Numbered from the stretch's first letter, positions 1 through 12,510 are shown. The stretch: DNA of 64,000 bases from Mytilus edulis (GCF_963676685.1 NC_092349.1:54746001-54810000), one strand, 5' to 3'. Notes: generated from the sequence alone by a model not told the origin. Numbers and translations are program-made.

Positions 1-311
1 GACAACATTTTTCATTCCTGGATCTGACTTGGTTGTATCTATGGTCTGAGGCTGCTCAATTTTATTTTCATTACTTTTTTTTTTAAAGTTTTTATTAGGA
101 TTACAGTCGATATCTTCTAAGTTCGGTACAATAGAAACTGTACGTTTGTCTTTGTTTGGAATTATTAATTTTCCATTTAAGTATTCATTTGCAGGCGTTA
201 TTGTGTTTTTGAATGTTTTTTTTTCTTTTAAGATATGATATTTCCTGGTCTTTGTGAATATTAACAGCATGACCTTTGTACTTGTTTGGCTTTATAAATA
301 TTTTGATATGA

Positions 312-355
312 GCGTCACTGATGAGTCTTATGTAGACGAAACGCGCGTCTGGCGT
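312..355 (+). ncRNA. Minimal type I hammerhead ribozyme (Penelope/retrozyme-like)
   Basis: Stem I GCGTCA/TGGCGT, core CTGATGA (318-324), stem II GTCT-tatgt-AGAC, GAAA (338-341), palindromic stem III ACGCGCGT, cleavage triplet GTC (347-349). Lies in a repeat of about 270-390 that recurs at about 60295-60435. Confidence 0.85.
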
Positions 356-694
356 ACTAAATTATAATCCTGGTACCTTTGATAACTAACTATCATAGAT
401 TCAAATAGTTCGGTAGAATATACACAGTACCCACATTTGAATTCCGCCATAGCATCAGCACTGAAAATAAAATTACTCAGTATAACCATATGATCGAAAT
501 AAAAGCTTGCTAACAGTTCTTCTTCTTCTTCTTCCAGGTAAGGAACCGGATTCATTGCTGAATGTTAATGGTTCCGCGCGAAAAACTGTACGCAGTGTCG
601 GGCAACACAGAAAGATTTCTCTTGGCTATTTACAAATTACATTTAAAACGTTCGCAGAAAAATATACAATTAAAATTATTTACAACTGGTTTTC

Positions 695-3600
695 CTACTT
701 CCTTTCAGAGCATGCCTTCAGGGCAGCTCTGAATCCCTCAACGGTGTTGGTCGCTGTAACTGTTGTTGGTAGGTTGTTCCAGTCCCTGATTGTCCTCGGG
801 AAGAAAGATTGGCCGTAGGTGTCTGTACTTGTTCTTTCTTGGAAGAAGCGGTTTTTACCTCTGGTCCGGTTATCATTCGGCGTCAAATATTGGTGACGGT
901 CTATATCTATAAGTTCATGCTGGATCTTGAATAGCATGCACAATCTATTTGTTTTCCTCCGTTTTTCGAGGCTTTCCCACTTTAGATTTTTAACCATATT
1001 TGTGAGTCTTTGTGACACAGCCAGGTGTTCGGTCTGTGTAGTTGTTATTCACAAATCGTGCAGCTCTTTTCTGAACCTGTTCAATTGCCTTGATTTTATT
1101 TTGAGCGGTTGGGTCCCATACTGTGCTTGCATATTCCACTGCAGGTCTTACCATGGACACATATGCAGCTGCCTTTACCGGTTTTGTACAGCCTTTGAGG
1201 TTTCTACGTATAAACCCCAAAGTTCTGTTTCCTTTGCCTACTGTATTGTCTATGTGTTTATCCCATGTTAGGTTGTTACTGATGGTTACTCCAAGATATT
1301 TACTTGCTTCCTCTGTGTCTAGAGTATGACCGTGAAGATGGTACGATGTTTGTATCACTGGTCTATTTTTGGGGGATATTCTAATGACAAGGCATTTTTT
1401 GGCATTAAAACTCATCTGCCATTTGTTTTCCCAGTCTTCCAATGCTGTTAAGTCCTTTTGGAGAAGTTCACTGTCAGCTTGGTTGGTGATGGTACGAAAG
1501 AGAAGGCTGTCATCCGCGAACAATTTGGTCTCTGATGTAGATGCTGTTTCTGGCATGTCATTAATGTAGGCCAGGAACAGTAATGGACCAAGGACTGTGC
1601 CTTGGGGTACACCAGAGAGTACTGGTACTTGTGAAGAGACGGCACCCTCTAATATCACGCTCTGCTTTCTGTTATGTAGGAAAGAGCGAATCCATTTATT
1701 GGTTTTGGGGTTGACGCCGTAGTATTCCAACTTGTGTAGGAGGCGGTGATGTGGTACCTTGTCAAATGCTTTTGCAAAGTCAAGCAGGATGATGTCTACT
1801 TGGCCGCTACTTTTTAATTTCGATGCAATGTCGTTGATGGTTATAATTAGTTGGGATTCGCATGATCGTCTTTTGCGGAATCCGTGTTGTGCATCAGTTA
1901 GTATTTTATTTTTGTCAAAGTGGTCCATGATGTTGCTATGTACAATATGTTCTAAGACCTTACATGTGATGGAAGTTAGAGATACTGGTCTGTAGTTAGA
2001 CGCTAGGTGCCTTTCGTCTTTTTTAAAAAGTGGAACTACATTGGCATCTCTCCAATCTTGCGGGACTTCACCAGTGTTCAATGATGTTTGATATAGGTCT
2101 GTGAGTATAGGAGCAAGTTGTTCTGCTGCTGCTTTCAGTATAAAGGCTGGTATTGAATCGGGACCAGTAGCTTTATGCGGTTTCAGGTTTTTTAATAATT
2201 TGTGGACTCCGTTGGTACTAATTTTTATGTCCTTCATGGTGGAGTATGGACTTTTTCCTTTATCCGGAAAGTTATTTAGGTTTTCTTTGGTAAATACTGA
2301 CTGGAATTGGTCGTTTAAAATGTCAGCTTTACTCTTGTTGTCACTTTGCAGAAATCCCATTTTGTTTTTTAGCGGTGCCACTCCTGTCCACTCCTGACCT
2401 TTGCTCTTGATATAAGACCAGACAGAATTTCTTTGCATTATCTCTATAGTCGGAACTGACCTCTTCCATATACTTCTTGTTGGCTTGTCGGACCTCCCAC
2501 TGCACTTCTTGTTGTAGTCTTTTATACCTGTCCTTGTCTCTTTTCTTTTTATTTTTTCTCGCCTTCTTGTGTGCTTTCTGCTTTAGGTTTATTTTGCGTC
2601 TAATGGTTGTATTGATCCATGGATGAGTGTTTCTTCCAAGGGTCATTTTCGTTGGTACTCTTTTCTCTATGGTGGTTTGTACAGTTGTTTTAAATGCCTG
2701 CCATAAAGACTCAACGCTTCTATCTTTGATGTTTTTGAAGGTAGTTATAAAGTTTTGTAGATCTTCCTTTATATTATGTATTTCAGCTTTTTTCCATAGA
2801 AATATTTTTCTTCTGACTGGTTTAGGTTTAAGTGGTTTACAAGCCATATCTAGGAGGACGATGTCATGGTCGCTGTTTCCTATTGATGGTAATGGTTTGC
2901 ATCTTAATTTAAATGAAGGATGAGATGTAAGCAATAAATCTAAGGTATTCTCTTTTCGTGTTGGAAAGTCCACAATTTGTTCTAGCCCGTTGTCAGCTAC
3001 AAGTTCCAAGAATGCCTGGTTGGTTCTGGTGGGATACTGTCTAAGGTCTATAGTTTGTTCTGCCCAGTTGATATCGGGTAAGTTGAAATCGCCACCAATA
3101 AGGAATATGTCTTTTTGATGTTTTGCTCTGATGTTATTTATTTCGTCTTTCATTTTATTCAAGTATGTGTCATCTGTTTTATCAGGTGGTCGATAAAAAG
3201 CGCCTATAAGCATTTTCTTTTTTCCTTCTAAGTTAATAGTGCCAGTTAGTAGTTCTATTTCTGTGCTTTTTATGATGTTACCCAGCTGTAATGTTTGTTT
3301 AGCTGCTATCAATACCCCTCCATGGGGGTCCTTTGGGCAATCTCGGCGTTCCGTGTCATAATGGAAGTAGTCTGGTAAAATCTCGCTTGATTTGATGTTT
3401 GGATCAAGCCAGGTTTCCGTGCCTATTATTACATCTGGCTCAGTTGACTCAATGACTGCTTCGAGTAGTTTTCCTTTTTTCTGAGACTTTGAAAATTGAT
3501 GTTCAATATTCTTAACTGTTTTTTAGTGACTGGTTTGGTTTTAGTTGGTTTTGGTGATGATGTCATGATTGGTATATCAGTGCTGAAAGATGTTGTGTTA

Positions 3601-4256
3601 AATGATGGTGAATTAATGCTGGAATCTGATGTTGATGGTATTGATGCTTCTGATATACTGTCCATCATTAATGGATTGGTCGATATATTTTGTATTGAGT
3701 GCTTGCTGTCATCTCCATTTGGTATAAAATATATTTTGGTTGAAGAATTGTTTGGTTTGCAGCAAGATGGGCAAGTCCATGTGTCTTCACTTTTGCCTAG
3801 GTTGCTGTATTCTGATGTTGACATACCAATGCAGTTTCTATGTGTCCACTTATCGCAGTCGTCACAAGCTATGGATTCTATTTTACATGCTTTTTGGCAT
3901 ATCGTGCAAGGGAATCTTGGTCGTCTTGGTCCTGGGTTTGTCTCTATGCCACTCAGTAAGAGTAAGATTAGTCTTTGTGTACTCCTCTCTCGGACAGTTT
4001 TGAATTTTTGTTGAGTCAATTGAATATGTTTTTTACAGCTTTTTATCCAGTAGTAAGTTTGTACAGATGTTGTTACTGGGCTTAGATGGTGTTCAGATAG
4101 GTATATGTTTACCCCTTCTAGAGCATTATTTTTGTAGATGCAGTCCTGATGTGTTGGTTTGTATTTATGTTGTGGGGTAAGTATTACTTGGTGAACAGTA
4201 AAAGCTTGTCTTGTCCAAAGAGTAAGTGTAAGCATAAATACAGTATAATAAAACAT
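695..4256 (-). pseudogene. LINE ORF2 (leader-2A-PHD-APE-RT), broken by three frameshifts
   Basis: PHD CTIC..CDDC..H..C..CPSC; APE motifs NINFQS, GTETWL, YRPP, GGDFN, LDL, SDHD; RT motifs QHGFR, LDFAKAFD, GVPQGTVLGP, FADD, YLGV; C-terminal SFFPRTIRDWN. Frame breaks near 3478, 2425 and 1008. Confidence 0.9.
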
Positions 4257-4541
4257 TTCGGTTGATGATAATGTATCTTATACTAACGGTACTTACAATA
4301 TTATGGGTGTTCCAATCTGAGTCTTTGTGTTATTTTCAATCTGAGTCTTTGTGTTCTTTTCAATCACTTCAAGAGTCCAGTTCTGGAAGAGAAAACATTG
4401 GTTGAGTGTTTTGTGTGGTGATCCTATACAAGAGGTAAGTATCAAAACCTGATAAGATTAACTCACCTAGAATTTTACTACTCGTCTTGTCTGTTCACTT
4501 TTGGCACCCAGTTTTTTTTCTTGGTAGCTTGAAGATGTTGA

Positions 4542-5321
4542 TTAGAATAAGGAGTTCAATTCCTCTTGTTCAACTCGGATTTGAATAAATTCAGATTCTT
4601 GGTCAATACTGAAGCATTCGGTGTAAGTGTCCAGCAAGATGTTTTTAGTAATCGCTAGACTCAGTAGACGTCCAGGATGTATGCCGTCCTTGTTGTTGAT
4701 CGACAGGTTGACTGATTTACGTGTTTGTCCTTTCCTTCTCTTGCGCCCTCTGAAAAAGTATTTGCTTATTTTGACTGATGTTTTGTTGAGTCTTCTGTTG
4801 AGTTCATATATTTTACCATTTAGTTCCTGTATTTGTTTTGTCGCTAGGAAATCCTCAACTTTGTATGTTTCTGGTCTTTTATGTCCTTTACTCTTGTTCC
4901 AGTTTGATATAGAAATAAGTGGGCAATCGATAAATTTTATTTCAGCATGTTGATAACTGTCAATAATACTTATAGCTCTTTTGTATTGATCTTCTATAAT
5001 TTTGATTGCTCTGTTGTTATGAAATTTCAATTTTATATATTTTCCTTCCTTTGTGGTGAGATCACAGGTCCCGGACCAGAGGTAAATAATGATGTGGTGG
5101 TGTCGCTTGATGGCTTTTGCAATTCTAGTTTTTATCAGGTTAACAAGTACTTCGGTTGTTGCCCCCGATTTACACCAAGTTTCTAGTGGAAATTCTTTTT
5201 GCAAGCAATTGTTCCGTAGGGTATAGCCTTTGCTGTCTGAGACTAAGATTGCAGTTTTGTGTTGGAAGCCAGGAGGAAATTGTGGCTGGTCTGCAATGTA
5301 TTTTTCTAATTTTCTGCTCAT
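4542..5321 (-). CDS. LINE ORF1, SGNH/GDSL esterase-like protein (259 aa)
   Basis: Blocks ILVSDSKG (GDS-like), KSGATT, LWSGTCD (GxND-like) and DGIHP (DxxH). Open frame upstream of ORF2. Confidence 0.75.
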   Translation of the reverse strand: MSRKLEKYIADQPQFPPGFQHKTAILVSDSKGYTLRNNCLQKEFPLETWCKSGATTEVLVNLIKTRIAKAIKRHHHIIIYLWSGTCDLTTKEGKYIKLKFHNNRAIKIIEDQYKRAISIIDSYQHAEIKFIDCPLISISNWNKSKGHKRPETYKVEDFLATKQIQELNGKIYELNRRLNKTSVKISKYFFRGRKRRKGQTRKSVNLSINNKDGIHPGRLLSLAITKNILLDTYTECFSIDQESEFIQIRVEQEELNSLF

Positions 5322-6465
5322 GTGGTCATTTGGTGAATTGATTTATCCCGCTAGATTGTTTACATAGAGATAAACCGGAAGTTGGATTGTCAAACAAAGA
5401 GGTACGTTCCCGCCAGTTGTCAAAATTTTGAAATCAAATTTGTGAAATAAAGATCGAAATTTTGTTTAAATGTGTGTAGTGATGTGTCTTACACCCTGTA
5501 AATATACAAATGTATATAAATATTCTCTACAATGGTTGTAGATCATGAAATCTTCAAATTTTTCAGGAGCCGTCAGAGAAAACAGCTGTCTTGCCCGAGC
5601 ATGCGCACCTGTCTTTTTATCACTAACGATAGAGTAAAACAACACTTTTTGAAATAATTAGTAAAAAGCGTTTATTCTGTTACGGGTGTGAAATTTTACT
5701 AGTTTTATAAATTGACCATAAAACTAAAAATATTTTGCTTTGTTATTAAACTTGAGAATTAAGTTTCCGGTTTTCTTAACATACAATGTGACTGGTTGTA
5801 TTTATTTTATATGATAAAACTATTGCAATTATATTAGGAAAATATAGCATTCATTATTTTTTTATATTAAAAAATAATCGCTGTGATATTAGACAAATAT
5901 CCCTTTGATATTATAAAATATAGCAGAATTATGGAATTATAGGTGGTTTTGTTCAAGATAACAATTGAAATCATCAAATTTGCATTCCACTAATTTTGTA
6001 ACATGATGTTAAGTAGACATTTGCAGAAACTAGGTATATACCTATGATTACACTTAGACTTACGATCACAGTTGACGAAAGTAAGGGGTCCTCTCAAATT
6101 TAAAAAAAATCCCAATTAAGATACATAGTAAAATTAAAAAAAATATTTTCATCATGTAAAGTCTTATCGACGACACACAAATGCAAAAACGTATGGTCAC
6201 AACAAATGTGAATCCAGGGAAAAGCATATGATCCCGACCGGTTCTCTGTCGTAAAAGACCATTAACATCCGCTTCAATTTGAAGTAACATTTCAGGAGTT
6301 TCACTTATAAAAGGAATATCGGGGTTGCTTGCAAAACACGTGACCAACACATCTCTCCCAGTCCAAAAGTGTACCTCATTGCCTATAATATTTCCCTGAT
6401 TGTACAAGATTGGTCGTTGGTCAAGCTAGGACTACCAGGGTAAGAATCATACGACGAGTCTAAAT

Positions 6466-6545
6466 GTGACCTTCTGCTGGTTTTTTTTTCTATGGTCGGG
6501 TTGTTGTCTCTTTGGCACATTCCCCATTTCCATTCTCAATTTTAT
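6466..6545 (-). repeat. Short interspersed repeat, family copy 1
   Basis: Reverse complement of the AATTGAGAATGGAAATGGGGAATGTG-AAAGAGACAACAACCCGACC motif also seen at about 19432 and 41372. Confidence 0.7.
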
Positions 6546-7126
6546 TATCTGGTGGAGTCTGCATCAGGGCAGGTAAAGCTGCCATGATGGTAAACCTGTG
6601 TTCTTCATAAGGAGGAAAATAAAATAAATGCGTGAAATACACTTATAATTTATTCATTCTCCGTATTAATAGTTTCAATCGCTTTAAAAAATCAAGCGGT
6701 ATATTGTAAAAAGGTGTCGTTCGTCTTTTATACGATAACACTTTTGTATCTACAAACAAATGCTTCCTAAACGACTTAAATAGTGAATGTTTGTTTTAAC
6801 AAAAACGTTCAAATCTTGCCAAATAATATAAACGGTATTTTTATACTGTTTTTGACGTAGTAAATAACGCGTTGGCGATTTTTTTTAAATATCAGCTTAT
6901 AATGTATTCCTAATGAAATTTGAAAATATCTCGTTATAAATGATGTGTTATGTGTTTGATTAAGATTCGGATCCACTTAATATTCGTGTCCATTCAAATA
7001 TCTATACAAGCAAAGAGCATTTAAGTCAAGAATGAAGTAAAATAATTTTATGTGATAACATATTACTAAATTATCATGTTTATATTTAAAGAAATATAAA
7101 AAAAATCATCGTTTAAGAAAATTGTT

Positions 7127-7340
7127 TGACTTGCTATAAATCTTGAGTTGCATGGGTTCACATACATCCGTGTACTTTAAAAAAAAAACTTGGATGCTTT
7201 GATTTGCAATAAATCTAAAATTGGGTTCACAGCTAGCATCCGTGTACTTTAAAAGACAACTTATGTGCTTTGACTTGCAATAAATCTAAATTTGGGTTCA
7301 CAGACATCCGCGTACTTTAAAAGACAACTTGGGTGCTTTA
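7127..7340. repeat. Degenerate tandem repeat, about 3 copies of 73-76 bp
   Basis: The unit GACTTGCAATAAATCTAAA..GGGTTCACA..CATCCGTGTACTTTAAAAGACAACTT..TGCTTT recurs three times. Confidence 0.75.
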
Positions 7341-8358
7341 AGAATATTTAAACGAAATTCTTGGGGATCTATACTTTAAAATGCTTGGTGTAATTTCAAC
7401 TCAAGTTACTTTTATTTATTTTTTAAACAAAACGATGAAAAGGGGCATTTAGAACCCATAAATCAAGAAAAAGAAAAGACCCCACCGTTGGCAAAATTAA
7501 AATGACGAAAATACAAATAAAAGTCCACAAAAACTCCACAAAGAAACATAGTGTTCATTTCTCGATGACGATAAAAAAAATCAACTGATTTTGACGAATC
7601 ATGATATATGTTTTCCAATTATTATAACGGTAACGTTTTAAATTAAATGATTGACACCTCTGACAAATAACTAAAGGATAATTTTACAAACCACGATAAG
7701 GCATTTCAACCATCTTGAAAGATTTCAAGGATCATTTATTACAACACGGGCTCGTAAATGTAAAGAGGAATATACTATATATATGCTTTATATTTTAATT
7801 GCATTGAAAGATAGTTGTTGTTTTATATTTCTTATTGATCTCGTTAGGCCGTCATAAAACAATTTATAGTAACAGAACTTAATGAAATTTATCAAACTGA
7901 CAAGTTTTCACAGCTAGCTAAGATGGTAGGTTAGGGGAAACTGAGAGGAAAACAAATCCAGACAAAAACAAACAAAAATTATATAAAACGTAAAAACCAC
8001 GAAAAGCTACTGGTCTGACAGGTGTTTCAAACTGGTCCGAGTTGTCTTTTCACCCCTAGATTCCACCTCAAGCTGCCAAGAAGCCATTTTTACAGATATT
8101 TCGTAGAAATCCCGTTGTTCAACTATAGAAAACATCACAGGAGTTAGTCTTTGTTTTGAACCGACGGTTTATATTTACACTTTGAAACGACCCAAGATTT
8201 AAATGGTACCTGTAAGTGTAATTGTAATCCATATCGTAGATGTATAACAGTTTCCGCAAATGTCTACTGATAATACACTCTACAAATCATAAATCGTGCG
8301 TTTATTTCTCATTTATTCAACATGTCGATTGTCTTGTATTTAGGTAGATTCATGGTAT

Positions 8359-10267
8359 TATGGCCGGGTGAAATGGCGTTCCAGCTAAATGTAAATCAAG
8401 GAGGAAGATTCGCTCCTTAAACTTTTATTTCAGCAGTCCGGCAAGACCGAACAACAAACTCCAAACTAAATGTAATGTAACATACAAACAATAACAATAT
8501 ATATAAGCACAATCAATTAAAGGATTAAGAAGATTAACAGATGACAAATTAGAAATAACAATAGATTAAAAGAGTAATTAGTGTCCGACACGTATTTGAA
8601 AATTATAGTCCAAACTGTCACATAGAATGAATAATGAAATAAATAGAGTAAATGCATTTAAGACCTTTGTCCAAGATTATGACACATAATCCGTGTAAAA
8701 CACTTATATGCCTAAATTTACGACAAAGTCTAGAATAATTAAATACATGCAAAACCTAAATATATTAAAACAATTGAATAACTAAAATGTTGTTCAAAAA
8801 CTATTTCATTGCACTGTCCAAATTGTCCGGTCATATATTCCCGCGGCCTCTGAAGACACGACCCGGGTCTTAATATTATGTTCATCTGAAATTGTTCCGA
8901 AAGTTTCTTCTGTGATTGTGGCGTCCTCTGTATCGATAGTTTTGATTTGAATGGTTATCTTGTCTTGTATTTTCCCGAATATTGTCCAGTTCGTCTTCTA
9001 GTGTTGTAATGCGATTCAACATACGTTCTTTGTCGCGCTGTAATTGATATTGCTGGTCGATGGCTTTACATCTTTGATCGTATATCCGAGAATGAACTGC
9101 TTTAAGATCCGTATTGCGTTCCTGTAATTTTTCTATTTCTTTTTTATCATCTGCACCTTGTTTTTGAAATTTTTCTAAATTGCGAATTACACTGTTATGC
9201 TCTTGTTTCAGCTCTTTGAATTTCTTTTCGTAATGAACACTTTTGATTTCAAATTTGACTCTCTCTGAATGCACTCGGTCGTACCTGAGTCTAACGTTGT
9301 CGATATATTCCTTGTTATAGTCTAAAGTTGGGAAGAAATCCATGAGTTCTATTGTATTCAGTTCGGCACATGGAAAAATTGACATAGCTTTATTTTCTTT
9401 GAAAATTCTCATCCTTTCTGCGTCGCGGCGTAACTTTGATTTAGATTTAACTTTGACAACTTTCACGTCCGGTTGTCTGTTAAAACTACACATTCTGGCA
9501 TAATGTCCAAAACTTCTGCACTTATAGCAAAATGACGTTTTTGCTATACATTGTACAAAATGAAATTGATTGTTTACAGTCTTTCCACAAAACTTACATA
9601 GGCAGTTGTCCATATGTTGTGTTGAATTTCTGGTCTGAAAGGTAGCTCCATTATCAGACATCTGGTATCTCCAGTTTCGGCCAAAATTTCTGGTTCTATG
9701 AGTATCCATTTTTCTGTTTGCTGGGGGATCAGCTTCACAGGTAGAACAAGGTATCCGAAAGATCCGTTGCCCGTACGTCCTAACACCAGATATGGCCGGG
9801 TGAAATGGCGTTCCAGCTAAATGTAAATCAAGGAGGAAGATTCGCTCCTTAAACTTTTATTTCAGCAGTCCGGCAAGACCGAACAACAAACTCCAAACTA
9901 AATGTAATGTAACATACAAACAATAACAATATATATAAGCACAATCAATTAAAGGATTAAGAAGATTAACAGATGACAAATTAGAAATAACAATAGATTA
10001 AAAGAGTAATTAGTGTCCGACACGTATTTGAAAATTATAGTCCAAACTGTCACATAGAATGAATAATGAAATAAATAGAGTAAATGCATTTAAGACCTTT
10101 GTCCAAGATTATGACACATAATCCGTGTAAAACACTAATATGCCTAAATTTACGACAAAGTCTAGAATAATTAAATACATGCAAAACCTAAATATATTAA
10201 AACAATTGAATAACTAAAATGTTGTTCAAAAACTATTTCATTGCACTGTCCAAATTGTCCGGTCATA
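8359..10267 (-). mobile_element. Non-autonomous 1.9-kb LTR retrotransposon (Gypsy/Mag-like derivative, no pol)
   Basis: Two 477-bp LTRs (8359-8835, 9791-10267) with one difference seen. Termini TATG..CATA, 4-bp TSD GTAT (8355-8358, 10268-10271). PBS TGGTGTTAGGA 2 nt after the 5' LTR on the minus strand, purine-rich tract before the 3' LTR, single internal ORF. Confidence 0.9.
8882..9709 (-). CDS. Zinc-knuckle / coiled-coil protein (275 aa) of the mini LTR element
   Basis: Double knuckle CKFCG..H..C-x6-CYKCRSFGHYARMC, long E/K/Q-rich heptad region and R/N-rich tail. The intact ORF fills the inter-LTR space. Confidence 0.8.
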   Translation of the reverse strand: MDTHRTRNFGRNWRYQMSDNGATFQTRNSTQHMDNCLCKFCGKTVNNQFHFVQCIAKTSFCYKCRSFGHYARMCSFNRQPDVKVVKVKSKSKLRRDAERMRIFKENKAMSIFPCAELNTIELMDFFPTLDYNKEYIDNVRLRYDRVHSERVKFEIKSVHYEKKFKELKQEHNSVIRNLEKFQKQGADDKKEIEKLQERNTDLKAVHSRIYDQRCKAIDQQYQLQRDKERMLNRITTLEDELDNIRENTRQDNHSNQNYRYRGRHNHRRNFRNNFR

Positions 10268-12346
10268 GTATACCGCCATCTTGGATTGTACAATCACAGT
10301 ACAATATCGGTCTAGTTATTTGCCTAAATCTAAGCTAAGTTTGGTTTAAATGTTTATAGGCTGAAATAAGTAGATTGATAAGTTTTGTGATTTTTTTTTA
10401 TAAAAATAGGGGGATGTGGTATGGTTGTCAATGAGAAAGGTATCCACCAGAGTTCAACAAATGACGAAGACATTTTATGCAACTATAGGTCATCGTATTT
10501 CATTGCATTATTTTAGTCATACTCTTGCATTACCCGTTATATATCTTCCTTTAGTCAAACATATATGACTTTTAATGTGTCCACATCAATGAAGCCCTTG
10601 TGTTATCAAAACATCTCACCGATATAATAGGACAAAATGAATGACTATAATGTTCATGATGAAGACATATTAAACTTGTTTTAAGTATATTTAAATAGAA
10701 TTTGGTTGTCATGATGATATTTCTGTTTAATTTGAAAACATATTTTATGCATCAATATCAAATATTTAAAGTGACAATTCAGTCAAAATGGTAGTATGAA
10801 GAAATTGCAAAAAAAAAATACATTTGCGGTTACCATAGCAACCAAATCAAAATAAATAGTTTCATGTTAATTGATGGAATATTATTTTACAATAAATGCA
10901 CAGCATACATACCCTCTTTACTGATCTTTACTCCGTTACCATGGCAACCACATTTTAAACCGGGGTATATACCATCATCAGTACATGTTACCATGATACA
11001 CATAATATGTAAATATCAACATGATTCTAAAATGGGCCAGAAATTACCTTTAATGCCCCTACTCCTTTGGAGACAGATTTGCAATTCAATAGTTAGACTG
11101 TTTTTTTTTCTATTTTAAGAAAACTTGTTAATTAATCGAATGGTTAGACTGTTTTTTTTTCTATTTGAAGAACACTGGTTAATTAATCGTATAATACAAA
11201 ATATTTTAACACATATTTTTTTTTTTTTTTTTTTTTTTAAATATTTTTTTTTAAATGAGCCATTTAAGGGGAGATAACTCTTTTAGTACAAAATTTAAAC
11301 TGGGCTAATAGGGATTTTTTTTTAATTTTTACTTGTAGCAAGAAAACAACTTCAATGACACCATGTTTTCTTTTCATTTTCTAAAAACATATTATGAAAC
11401 CTTTCTTCTCACAATTTATTTCAAAATTCTATCTCATAGAATTTTTTTTATGCACAATAACGTTTTTTTCATGAACAAACTAACCAAATTTTGGTAATTT
11501 TCAAGGCCTCATAGCTTGAAAAATAGCACGGTGACCCATACTTTTTATTAATTTTTTGAAAAGAGCATAGTAAAATCTTCATTTTGGCAAATTATAAAAA
11601 AAAATCTGTCTCAAAAAATATATACTTGTGATCTACCTTAATACAGCTTGCTTGTTGTTATATTACACAATTTATGAAAAAATTACAGGCAGACGGTTGT
11701 CGTGTTTAATTGTACTCTGTTTGAAGAATAATAGACCATTTAATTTACTTACCGAGAAAATCTTCGTTCCTTCATTAAAATGTAAACATTCGTCTGAAAT
11801 TTCCCACATTGCAACTCGTTGATATAAGACAATATCGCTCTTTGATATAAGAAAAGTTTTTATCGAATAGCTTCTTCCAAAAACTGGGTCTTGTATCAGA
11901 GGCCGTCCTGAATGAAGGTCGAAGAAAACGGGAAAGTGACTGCAAATTGGAGAGGGATGAAATTTGTCCTTGGAACATGCCATATATCGACCCCTCAAAG
12001 AGTAATTAGAATGGTAAATAACGTACAAAGAGCATTAAATACTCTCTACACGAAGCATCTGTTTAACGTTCCAATTCTGACCGAATTTCTGCATTTAAAC
12101 TTTTATTTGAAAGGTTGCCACGTGACCAACGAGAAAAAATAAGGCGCAATGCATAATGAGAGCTAATTACTGCAAATGAACCTGGGTCAATATAATTACT
12201 CAATGTACTTCATAAATATTACGCGAAAATCCAGCGTGTACGAACATAATTAATATTAAATAATGAATGGAGTATTGTGCTTGTTGTGGGGAGCAGTTTC
12301 TTAAAAGGAAGAACAAAAGGGTTATGAAAGAACAAGTATAAATTAA

Positions 12347-12510
12347 GAAATAATTCATGGAAGCCATAGATTTGTTGGAAATTTACACATGGCCTGGGCC
12401 GTGATATTCGAATTTTATCCTGAGCGTTAGCGAGGGATAAAATTAACGAATATCACGGCCCAGGCCATGTGTAAAATTACAACAAATCTATGGCTTCCAT
12501 GAATTATTTC
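12347..12510. repeat. Long near-perfect inverted repeat (164-bp hairpin), probably the terminus of a non-autonomous DNA element
   Basis: Arms GAAATAATTCATGGAAGCCATAGATTTGTTG..ACACATGGCCTGGGCCGTGATATTCG and their reverse complement around a central GAGCGTTAGCGAG. Confidence 0.8.

Larger units (their letters stand above)
517..5610 (-). mobile_element. Near full-length APE-type non-LTR retrotransposon (CR1/RTE-X-like)
   Basis: On the minus strand: ORF1 (SGNH esterase), ORF2 (2A-like, PHD, APE endonuclease, RT), 3' stem-loop and (GAA)6 tail at 517-534. The 5' boundary is approximate and no TSD was identified. Confidence 0.9.

Noticed and set aside
6066-6600. 113-aa minus-strand ORF with a possible upstream ATG exon interrupted by a short repeat
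   Set aside because: In-frame stops lie just upstream and no motif is recognisable, so a gene call cannot be supported.
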